The position numbers and the translations under genes were made by a program. Shown here one piece after another: positions 52,701-64,000 of a stretch of 64,000 nt of DNA; positions within the stretch are counted from its first letter, which is position 1, and each line of letters begins with the position of its first letter. The stretch spans positions 64,798,819-64,862,818 of the forward strand of contig NC_057719.1 of the NCBI RefSeq assembly GCF_004010195.1, in the 5' to 3' direction. The DNA is from Chiloscyllium plagiosum. Its lineage: Eukaryota. Under the pieces are notes generated by a model. The model was not told where the DNA came from, did not search any database, and worked only from the letters and a program-made list of their open reading frames with translations.

Positions 52701-55700
52701 CTTGCTTCCTATATAGCAAATTGTATAATTAAATTGTACATTGGGAATGTTTTATGCAGCGGACGTAATTCAGAGGGAGCACAGCATACATTGACTTGTT
52801 TTGTGACTAAAGTCATGTTATTTTGTTCTTGTATTGTAATTTTATTTCATTCTGAAGATTGTTTAAACAGCTTTAATAGCTAGTTTCATATTTCACACTA
52901 TTTGAAGCAGAGTGACATTCACAAGACAGCCATGGTTTATAGATTTCTCCTGGAATCAATGGAAATTGGACAGATTTTACATCAAATGGAAATACCATCC
53001 CAAGCAGTGAAGGTGCAAATCACTTCCATTGAGACTGAAAAAATATCTAACTGATTTGGAGATTGAAAAGGAGGTTGATGGAACATAAATGAAGCAGTGA
53101 GAACTTATTAAGCAAACTAGCATGGACCAGGCTAACTTTAACCATCCAAAAGATCTTAATTCAACTGCAGTATGGTGAGTTACAAACTTTGCAACAAGTA
53201 ACAGTTGTGGATTCTGGGGAACTTTGCCATTAATTTGTCTCGACTTATTTTTCTATGAAACTGGACAGCAGAATCGGAAAATCCTTGATCTGCAGACTGT
53301 CAAAAACTGGATAACCCTGTAGTCTGACTTTATTGGTAGGACTATTAACTTTTATCTTTTATTACTTTAGTCTTTACTAAATTTTGTATATCAAGGGGCA
53401 TCATGCAGGAAGAAATTCCCTGTTTTAACATCACAATACCACCAGAGTGAAGCCAGAGTTTGAAATGCAAATTAACTAAACTAAGATTAAAAAATGCTTT
53501 CTCTGCAGGAGTTAAACAATGAACGATACTCTGTCAATTGTAAAGGGAATGACAGGCTTTGTCGTTTCTTTAAGATCTAACAATAGGTAATGCATGCACT
53601 CAGTTAAATACAAGCTTTACAATTATCCTGCAGAAAGAGATTATGAGGACAGCAATAAACTGTAAATGGTTTGGAATTCTTTTTGTGAAAATGTTGTATA
53701 GCTCCCTATTTCGCTTTTAGTTTATTTGACCATGAACTTTCAGATCCCCTTGAAATGATGTTTCATCTGGTTCCTTCTGTGCCCTGCAGTTACATATTGC
53801 TCACTGTGATCAAAGCCAGGGTGATTCTTCTCTGCATTCCTTTTACCTCTGAGTTCCTGGAAACCATTCAGCGCTACCTCATTTCGCATACTTCAGTGAT
53901 AGTACAATTAAAAAATATATTCAGATTTTAATAGCACGGTTGCTAAGTGCTAAGCAAAGGAGCCTTTCAGACAAAAGATGACAAATTTGTTGTTTCGCTC
54001 TCAGTGGATGTTTGTGACTTTAATTCGATGATTGTGATGTGATATAATAGTTAGCAGACAAAGCTCTGAATTCCTGAATTTTGCTGTGTCATTGTTTAAA
54101 GTGCATCAATTAACACATTTGAACAAAGGGATCTGATTAAATATACATTTTCTCTTTTACATCTATCCTTTCAATGCCATTTAGTTGCAAATATTTTATC
54201 GTACTCTCATAGGCGTTTTTTTCAAAAAAGCTTTAAAGGCTCCTTTGCAGTACTTAACAATGTCATCAATCCCAGTTTTCTTGCACTGGCATCACATTTC
54301 ATGATTTTACACTTTTGTAACTAAAGCAAATCATTTCTAGGAGAATCAAGTATGCTAAATAATTTCACAGAATTTTTCATGATAAAATATGTAGTTAATA
54401 AAGTTTGTGAAGGATGTGGTGAGGCAAATATTTTCTGTAACCATTATTTTTCTATTGCAAGAATCCAAAGAAAACAGAAAATCAAATCAAAAACCAGTTT
54501 TCGTTTTGAAGAAAGTTTCCAAAGCAAGGTTTTTTTTGTGTTGCACTGACATGCATAGCATCAGCTCCTCTGATTATAACAGTGTAAAAGCAAGAAACAT
54601 CTTGTGAAAACCGCAGCATGTGGTAGCTGAATTGTGTTCTATTGTCTTGAATACAACACATGATTAAAAGTAAAGTGCAGTAAATTTTCTCAAAAAAAAA
54701 CTGCATAGAAATAAAGGGATTTGTGGCCCTCTGGTATTGAGGCCCCTGAGATTCCAAAATTTTTCATGTCTCATGGAATAATTGAAATGTAAAGTAGAGT
54801 TAGATGTAAAGCAGATTAAAGCTGGTATTTTTCTTTTCTGACAGCCTTCTTATCATCAAAGTGTTCCCGCTGGTACTTTATATGAATATGCCAGCAATGT
54901 TTTCTTTTCAGATATGCAGGTGCATTCCATTCATTTCTGTCTTTTCCCATTACAAATACTTACAGAAAGTTCATCTGACTGAAAGTACTTTATTTTAGTT
55001 TAGATACTAGGTTTGCAACAATGTTTCTCTTTATAACTCAACACCTAAAACAGTACAATGGGGATTCTCAAACTGAATTTAGGTTAGGATCAATCTATTC
55101 ACTGTAGCATAAAAAAGTATGATTATCACTGTTGGCGGTGGCACTGCTGAGCTACTGGTCTTTCGATTTGACCAGTATGTCTTGTGTGTCACTAAATTGA
55201 CTACAGTTGGCAGTATGCCTACCCGGGTCATGCGATAGATTAATTTTATCTGTATTGTGAAATTCAACTCTGCATGACTGACGCACATAAGGAGAAGAAT
55301 AATGTGTAGGATGGCTCCCAGTGCTGCTGGCCTCATGACCAGACTGACATTGTCACTTGGGATGTATAAGGGAAATGGTCACAAAGTATTTTGCTTGACG
55401 AGATGAAAGAGATTTGATTGACATGACTGTCAGTATTGGCCATGCCACCAATGGAAGTTTGGTGAGGATCATGTTCTTACTGATCACAGCAGCCCCACTG
55501 CCACTTAGTGTCCTGATAATGTTCGGTGGTTCCGCCCCTCACCTGGGTTGAAGTTCCAGCTTGGAGTCAAACAGATTGGTGGTAGCTATGTAGTCCCAGC
55601 AATGATAATTGCAGCAGTGGACAGGACTGCATGTACGCGGAGTCCATCAGGTTCAAAAATCGTGGAATCAGGGCCAGGTACATGCAGTGATTCCCATGAT

Positions 55701-57604
55701 GGCAGGGGAAACAAAGTCCCTGGAGGGGAGAGAAATGTTGGTGTATGGCTGAGTGGAGGTGCCAAGTGAAAGAGGGAGTATGAAGTGCAGACCTTGAGCT
55801 GGCATCTCCTGGACTTGCCATCAACTCTGGTCCTCCTGCAGCAGTCTTCACGTTCTTAGTAAGGCAGCCATAGCAACCGACGTCCCACCAGCTGCTGGGA
55901 CCAGGGCTCTCCATGGAAATGACCTAAATTAGACACAAAAGAAGTGAAAAAGTTTCTTAGATCTAAGAACAATCACTGGGCTCATGCCATGCAGATGAGG
56001 GCAGAGCATACTTCACACAGTGAGACAAGCTGCACCCACATCAATTTATTTTTGATGCATCAGTATTTTAAAGGTAGTTTATATCATCGAAGCTGTGTTC
56101 TGACATATCATTAATCGCACTTGTGTGATTAGTCAACAGAAGTCTGGAAACTGTATAAATAGTTTGAAGCAAAAACTTCAAAACAAATTAAGCTTGGGGT
56201 ATGTATTTTGCATGTTATAAATAATTCAGATTAAATTAAATTTAGAAGTTTTCTCCTACTTTTCTCAGTGGAACCGGAAAAATCAAAACTGATAATGAAG
56301 GTACTTGTTGGAAATGATGTATATGTGATAGCCATATCTTTGTTCATCTGGAAATGCTAAATTCATTGACGGTCATTTGATTATAGCAGCCTGGGTTTCT
56401 ATTTGTGCTTAATCCCCATTGGCACAAATTTAACTCTTGACTTGTTTGTGTTTTGGAACAACCCAAAATCTGTATTTAATTTGTTTCATATTACAAAATA
56501 AAAGAGTCCATCACAAACAAAACGTTAATGTACTACCAAGAATTTGGAGGAAAGCAAATACCGAGTCTGCTGGAAATCTGAAATAAGAAATTATTTTTTC
56601 TGTCAATACTCAATAGGTTAGGTATTTTTTGGAGAAAGAAGCAAATTAACTTTTCATCAAGTTATTGACCAGGCATATTTGGCTACGTTAGTTTCGGGGA
56701 GTCACGTGCAGTTTCCCTCCATAAAGTCTGGTGAATTTTCTCAAGCAATTCTCCAAAGCTCCCCTCGCTACATATGCCCCGTGCCTCTATGGTGTCCCAC
56801 TTACACTAGTGTGCAATCAGCTATGGCAGAAGTACTTGGAGCTTCCAGGATTCCTGAAGCAAACTTTATTTTAGCTGGCACCTTATGAATTGGCACTCTT
56901 GATAAACTGGCAAAAATTATGGACCTCAAATACTGGGCATTTTCTGCATTATTACAATCTCCACAATGTCCGAGTAGTCAGTTGAAGGTGCGAATGAGAA
57001 GATTCTCTGCTTGTAGGTTTTATTTAAGGCAAAGTTACCTTATTATTTAAGTGATTTATGCTGTAAATAAAGTATGACAGTGATGTGTATACCCCATGTA
57101 TTATATTTCTATTACTTAGTGTTTGATTTTACATTACTTCTGTGTCTTCTTCATCAACCAGTACAATCTTGGTCCCATAGGTGCCGGTTAATATCAAAAG
57201 TAATGTATATGGACATTTGGCTTGAAGTTCGTATTTCCCTATATGCAGCACAAGGCTCACCACTCAAATACACTAGGAGATTGTGGATAGGTTCTCAGGT
57301 GACATATTTAATGTTGCCTGTAACTACTTCTGCTTCACAGAGGTAACTAGGATCAATCTGCAATGACCAACACCATGGCCAAGATTACTTGTGACCAGGA
57401 TTTGCACATGCACACGTGGACTGCATGCAGAGTACTATGATTATGGATGGCTTCACCTATGCTGTGTAAGTGTCTGATTAATGCAATTGCCTCTTAAAGC
57501 GCCTCACATTACTCAAAACTATAATTGGCATGCTCAAACAGAAAAGAACACACTTAACATGCCCATTTGGTTGTTATTATAGCTGGCTCCCAGTTTTGAG
57601 GTTC

Positions 57605-58600
57605 CTTTTGGTCATGGCTGACCATAGGTTGCATCCTTGTTGTTCTGACTTTCTTCCTGAAGCAATGTCGCTTGTGACTGAAGAGACCAATGCTGGAATG
57701 AAAGTCCCAGTCACAGAGGTCACATCTGTATGTGGTCATTTATCTGCTAGAACTGCTGCAGTCCTTCCTTTGTGCCCGCTTGTCTGCTGCAGCGCTCCTC
57801 AGCTTCTTTTCCCTTGTTTTGAGGTGTTGGTTCAGGGTGCTTCTCCATCTCATGTGGACAACTGTAAGCCTTTCCCAGGACTCCATAACAATATCAAGCG
57901 CCTTCATGTCCTCATGCTGACATCCTTGTAGCGCTGCTGGGGACGCCCAGTAGGTCTCTTCCCGGATGCAAGCTCTCTATAGAGGATATCCTTTGGGAAG
58001 TGGCCATCCTCCATGTGGTGGACGTGACCCAGCCAGCGCAATCTCTGCTGCCTGAGCAGAGTGAACATGCTAGGAAGGCCAGCGCAAGATAGGACTGCTG
58101 CATTGGACACTCTGCCTTGCCAGGATATGCCCAGGATACAGCGGATTCTACTCAAGTGGAAGATGTTCAGTGTTCTCTCTTGTCTGTCATATGTAGTCAA
58201 CGTTTCACTGCCGTATAGCAGTGTGTATATGACGCAGGCATTGTAGACTGACATTTTGGGATTTGTCCATACTCGAGTCGTGAGGTGAGCAAGAGTTGAG
58301 GCTGCTTTCCCACTCCTCTTGTCAATCTCTCTGTTCAACGAGAGGTTGTCAGTAATGGTAGATCCAAGGTAAGTAAACTGATGGATGACATTGAGTTTGT
58401 AGTTGTCAATGATGATGACTGACGGTGTCTCTGTGTCCTGTTCCAGGATATTTGTCTTCTTCAGACTGACAGTCAGCCTGAAATCCTTGCAAGTGTGAAA
58501 GAGGCAGTCTTTCAGTAACTGGAGTTCCTGCTGGGTACGTGTTGCAACTACAACATCATTGGCAAACAGCATGCCTCTGATGAGTGCCGCACATACTTTT
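57605..58600 (-). mobile_element. RTE-clade non-LTR retrotransposon 3' part (RT C-terminus plus terminal C2H2 zinc finger)
   Basis: ORF 57904..58572(-) MLFAND (FADD-like), FTYLGS, TLLYGSET, QQRLRWLGHVHHMEDGHFPKDILYREL..GKRPTGRP; downstream YRCDLCDWDFHSSIGLFSHKRHC. Confidence 0.85.
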
Positions 58601-58669
58601 CCATTCCCATTGCATATTCATTGTTCAGATGAGGATAGAAGGCAATGTAGGTCTCATTTGGCACAGTGA

Positions 58670-59635
58670 GTCACAGGTTCAGCCCTGGTAAATAAGGGTG
58701 CCTTTGAACCTTATTTACCTGACCACGAGGGAACACTCCCGTCTGTTGATTGTTGTGCTCCCTTCCAATCGGAGGACACTTCAACAGTCTAGAACATTCA
58801 ATCTTGGACCTTCGGGTGACCATCCTCCAAGGCAGACTTTGGGGTAGGCAGCAATGCAAAGTGCCCGAGCAGAGGCTGATAGCCAAGTTCGGTACCCATG
58901 GGGATGGTCTCAAGCGGAATCTAGGACTCAGGTCACACTACAGGTGACCCCACTCCACTACACACTCTCTCATGCACACTCTCACACACGTACACTCCTA
59001 CAGACCCATATACAACCTCTCCCTCATACGCCCCCACATACACACCCACACTCACACCATCTCATAGACCTATAGCCCTTTACACTCACACATAGACATA
59101 CACACACTCTCTCACAGACACTCATACACCCCACCCCCACATATTCATACCCACATGCATACACACACATATAAGTTTGTGGGGTGAATTTGTACTTGCA
59201 GAATTACATTTTATTTTGCTTAAAAACTGCATGAATCCATGTAAGATTCTGTAAATCCCTTTTTTAGAATGGAATTAGTCTGAACATTGAAGCACAGACA
59301 GTCTCACAGGGCAACTCACATCCTAAGTGCATGATCTGAGCTGACATGGCACCTATTGTTAAAGTACACTTAAAGTTAACTTTAAAAAGGTTCTGGGATT
59401 TATATATGAAAGAACTGAAACCAACATGGTCATTCTAAAAGATGAAAGATGTAACAAACAATCCAGGTCTTTTTCAATATATAATTTCAGTTGCATCACA
59501 CTGTAAACTTGTGCTGTAAATTCTGTGTCTTATGATCTTATACTCCACAACCACCTGATGAAGGAGCAGCACTCCGAAAGCTAGTGCTTCAAGTAAACCC
59601 ATTGGATTATAACCTGCCGTTGTATGATTTTTAAA
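58670..59635 (+). mobile_element. Penelope-like element 3' end, third family (GIY-YIG tail, CA-rich spacer, pLTR with hammerhead)
   Basis: HFNSLEHSILDLRVTILQG...EQRLIAKFGTHGDGL*; hammerhead motif near the 3' end. Confidence 0.85.
59552..59586 (+). ncRNA. Minimal type I hammerhead ribozyme motif (activity untested)
   Basis: CAC-CTGATGA-A-GGAG-CAGCA-CTCC-GAAAGCTA-GTG: conserved CUGANGA and GAAA boxes, 4-bp stem II, palindromic AGCT stem III region, 3-bp stem I, UH site at 59582-59583. Confidence 0.72.
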
Positions 59636-59933
59636 TATATTGAAAGTGGATTAGAAATGTACAGTAATTATATGGTGATGCTGTTACATGTCCAACATCC
59701 ATGGACAGGAGGTGCAGGATCTCACTGTCATCATTGTGTCATCAAAGGTGTTGGTGGCAGATGTCCAAGATGAAGGTCTGGAGGAGCAAACGGTGAGCTG
59801 GAACTGCAAGGTCCCACCTTTGACTTACATCTTGGGAGTTGTCACGATCTTATTTCTATCTGGTGTGTGGGAGAATAGGAAACTGCATATCAACAAGGCA
59901 GGATTAGATGCTAATGACATGCCTCTTTCTACT

Positions 59934-61205
59934 CATAGAGTCATAGAGATGTAGAGCATGGAAACAGACCTTTCGGTCCACTTTGTCCATGCCAACCAGA
60001 TATCCCAACCCAATCTAATCCCACCTGCCAGCACCTGGTCCATATCTCTCCAAACCCTTCCTATTCATATACCCATCCAGATGCCTTTTCAATGTTGCAA
60101 TTGTACCAGGCTCCAACACTTCCTCTGGCAGCTCATTCCATACAGGTACCAGCCTTTGTGTGAAAAAAATTCCCCTTAGGTCTCTTTTATATCTTTCTCC
60201 TCCCACCCTAAACCTATGCCCTCTAGTTCTGGACTCTCCCACCCCAGGGAAAAGACTTTGTCTATTTATCCTATCCATTCCCCTCATGATTTTATAAACC
60301 TCCATAAGGTCACCCCTCAGCCTCCGACGCTCCAGGGAAAACAGCCCAAGCCGATTCAGCCTCTCCCTATAGCTCAAATCCTCCAACCCTGGCAACATCC
60401 TTGTAAATCTTTTCTGAACCCGTTCAAGTTTCACAACACCTTTCCGATAGGAAGGAGACCAGAATTGCATGTTGGCCTAACCAATGTCCTGTAGAGCTGC
60501 AACATGACCTCTCAACCCCTGTACTCAATACTCTGACCAATAAAGGAAAGCATACCAAATGCCTTCTTCACTATCCTATCTACCGTGACTCCACTTTCAA
60601 GGAACTATAAGCCTGCATTCCAAGGTCTCCTTGTTCAGCCACACTTCCAAGGACTTTACCATTAAGTGTATAAGTCCCACTAAGATTTGCTTTCCCAAAA
60701 TGCACCACCTCACATTTATCTAAATTAAACTCCATCTGCCATTCTCAGCCCATTGACCCATCTGATCAAGATCCTATTGTAATCTGAGGTAACCTTCTTT
60801 GCTGTCCATTACACCTCCAATTTTGGTGTCATCTGCAAACTTACTAACTGTACCTCTTATGCTCACATCCAAATCATTTATATAAATGATGAAAAGTAGT
60901 GGACCCAGTACCAATCCTTGTAGCACACCACTGGTCACAGGCCTCCAGTCTGAAAAACAACCTTCCACCACCACCCTCTGTCTTCTACCATTGAGCCAGT
61001 TCTTTATCCAAATGGCTAGTCCTCCCTGTATTCTATAAGATTTAACATTGCTAACCAGTCTACCATGGGGAACCTTGTCGAACGCCTTACTGAAATCCAT
61101 ATAGACCACATCTACTGCTCTGCCCTCATCAATCCTCTTTGTTACTTCTTCAAAAAACTGAATCAAGTTTGTGAGACATGATTTCCAATGCATAAAGCCA
61201 TGTTA
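59934..61205 (-). mobile_element. Young CR1 LINE 3' part (RT plus 3' UTR)
   Basis: ORFs 60774..61193 (SCLTNL, DFSKAFDKVPH, KFADDTK) and 60015..60470. Confidence 0.95.
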
Positions 61206-63339
61206 CTAGTGAGATTATTATCTTCTGTTCAAAACCTAGTTGCAGAAGTGGACACTGAGAATCTAATTTCTCTGATTTTTGTCATTTTCTCAACTGACTC
61301 ACTAATTCCCATGTTGTTCATGGATTAGGACGATTGTGCCTATTAATGCTGTTCATCTCACCAGAAATATTGCCATCCGGAGTCTGTAATATAATGTCAT
61401 TATTCTGGTCTTAAGTTGGGCATCATTTCTTAAATGAATTCCATGCAGACATCTTTCTTGTTCTTTACGAGATGAATTCCTCTGTTATTATTTCCTTATT
61501 TGTAAGACTGATGGACACATGGTTCACATTACAGAATTTTTTGGCCACCCACTCAAAAGCCAGACTGCTTAGTTCAAATCAGACTAGGTTCCATTGCTAT
61601 TCTGATGTAAAAATAAAATTAAGTCTGTAGTGCAAATGTTACTGCTTTTCTCTGGGATTGGAGGTTATTGTCTGACAATAATCTAAATAACTCTGTGGTT
61701 TTTAAACGATCATTATGAAATTAAATATGGCTTGCAGCCACAAAGTGCAGCAGCAATGAAATAACATTGGTGACAATTCCGCTGGTCTTGCACACAATGA
61801 AATTTTGATGATGAAACCCTGCTGTTTTCCAGCATAAACGTTTTAAGAGGTGACAGAAAATGAGAAGCAGAGTACTAACATTTCTCAGTTCATTGAAGAG
61901 TCATTTCCTGTCGACTCAACTGTAATTATTGTTATGCCTCAAAGTGACATGCATTGATCTGTTCTTACTTCTTTCTAAAAATGTTGTTAACACTTTGCAT
62001 TGTTTTATTCCTTACAATATGTTTCAAAGTATTATATCAAACATACACTTCCCGTTGATCATACTTCTTATTATCAGACTTCGGCCATCATTATTCACCT
62101 AAAGTAAATCAACAGCAATCCAGAAATGAAGAGATAGTGAGAAGTGTGAATGAAAACTGGAAAGGAGAAAATTGCCAGTGGGACATTGCTAAGGCTATAA
62201 TAATAGCTAACCTTGAATGATCAGTCCAGATAATTGATCAATAATAACATGCACATTAACCACTCAGATAACTTGAAATACTTCTTTTAAAATTTGTCTG
62301 CACTCTGACTGGTGGCTACAACTTCTCCTGTTCAAAATAAACACATAAAATGTCAGTTGTATTTCCTCATGGAGTTGTTTTTGTATTGTTTAGTAATATT
62401 ATCACAATGAACAGTGAGCGAGTGTTTCAACACAAAATTATATCATTATTGGCAAAGAAGAGAGTTGTTGGTGGCATGGAATAGAGAATTTATTATACTT
62501 TGTCAATCATAATAGTTTTAAAAAGTTTCAACTTCCATGCTCATATTCTGAAGGTCCACATAGACACAAATAAGTTAAAGTGAGATACAGATTAAGCTGT
62601 CTTTGTAGAGTTTAATAAAATTGAAAGTTGTACCTGTTTTGTAGGCTGATAATTTGGATAATTCCTAAGATCCTGAATTTGGCATTGTGATAAGTTCTTA
62701 CAGAGCCAACAATTGCTGAGCTGGTCTTAATATTCTGCAAATGGTTGGTGAGTCAGCAGACAGGCCTCAAACTTACAAGTGGTATGGAGGAGGAGGAGGA
62801 GGAGAGAGAGAGAGGCTGCCACATTTTCCACTAGCTTGTAACTTGGAAAAAAACAGTTTCTCATCACAAGAGACTTAACTGGGTTGCCACATAATCCTAT
62901 CCTTCTAGGTGACGAGTTTCCTCATATAAAATGGTCATGGATGGTGAATTCCAAGTCCATGGTGTTCAACACTGAATTATGGTTGGATGGATCCTACTCA
63001 CAGACAGGGTTCAATCTCAGAGATGATTATATCTATTGCCCAGGCTTCAATCAGATGAACATACCAAGTGATTGTTGGGATAGCCTGTGAATGGAGTAGG
63101 TGATGATCTAATTTCCACTCCTTCACGATTAATGTCTACTTGGATTTTCCCAGACAGAATGACTTCTTTTTAATAAATTTGAACGGTGTAAGTTACTGTT
63201 CAGCAAGTGTTCAGCCATCTTAGAAACTACTCTTTCAAGTCACTGGAATGTTGCTTCAGTCTTTTCAAACACAATTAGCGGCCTTCAGTCAGCAAATATA
63301 TGGAGTCATGTAGTTCTAAAGCATGGCTTCAAAACATGG

Positions 63340-63855
63340 CTAGGGTAAGGCAACAGGACTGAGTAAGACATAGGTGGCGAGTTTTGGATGACCTTAAGTT
63401 TATGAAATGTGAAGAAAGGGGGATCAGTTAGGGCTGTGTTGGGCTAGTCACATCTTGAAGTAACAAAGGCAAGAATGAGAGTTTTGGTAATTAGTTAGTG
63501 GAGACATAAGGGAAATCAGGTGATGATGCAGTGCTAGACGTGAACAGTCTCCATGATGGCACAAATGTGAAGTCAGAGCTCAACTTCGGTCCAAATGTGG
63601 CATCAAATTTGCTAACAGACTGACTTAACCTCAGACTGTTGCCGGGGTAGGGACAGGATCAGCAGGCTTCTGATCAAAGTTTGATGCAGGTAATGAAAAC
63701 GATGGCTTAAGTCTTCCCAATGTTTAATTTGAGGAAATGCCTGCTCAACCAGTATTGGCTGTTGGATGAGTAGACTTTTTTTCAATTGCAAAGGAATCAA
63801 GACTGATGGTGGTGGTGAGGTAAAGCTGTATATCAGTATACATGTGAAAATTAAC
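63340..63855 (-). mobile_element. L2 LINE RT remnant
   Basis: Minus strand resembles L2 ORF2 (QLYL, QLNIGKT, L.V..SN..L.G.P...KL.VIQN..A..L), heavily decayed. Confidence 0.6.
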
Positions 63856-64000
63856 ATAGAGTTATAGAGATGTACAGCACAGAAACTGACCCTTTGGTCC
63901 CACTCGTCCATGCCGACCAGATATCCTAACCTAACCTAGTCCCATTTACCAGCATTTGACCCATATCCCTCTAAACCCTTCCTATTCATATACTCATCCA
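63856..64000 (-). mobile_element. CR1 3' end running off the window
   Basis: Same 3' UTR as 1608-1760 and 59934-60080. Confidence 0.9.

Noticed and set aside
54845..54919. Possible second + strand exon (75 nt, PSYHQSVPAGTLYEYASNVFFSDMQ)
   Set aside because: Acceptor is good but the donor GTGCAT is weak and I recognise no homology; needs RNA-seq

Overview
Eukaryotic genomic DNA, AT-rich and dense in repeats. The repeat set (CR1 LINEs with V-domain HE1-like SINEs, Deu-domain SINEs, Penelope-like elements, L2, RTE) points to a shark or other elasmobranch; this is inferred from repeat families only. The window reads as mostly intronic sequence of a large + strand gene, with one convincing 141-nt coding exon (42085-42225) that I cannot name. 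A 5'-truncated, intronless, frameshifted LZTR1 retrocopy lies antisense at about 26101-26849. Other content: an internally deleted Gypsy LTR element with both LTRs, PBS, PPT and a 5-bp TSD (9369-11472), a related solo LTR, a second decayed Gypsy pol, nested CR1 insertions and a TA-targeting Tc1/mariner-pogo-type MITE. Several Penelope-like elements carry minimal hammerhead ribozyme motifs, often as inverted repeats, including a 77/78-bp hairpin. Almost all ORFs in the supplied track are transposon remnants or chance ORFs. I found no strong evidence of a wholly new biological system. Most repeat boundaries were read by eye and are approximate to tens of bases.
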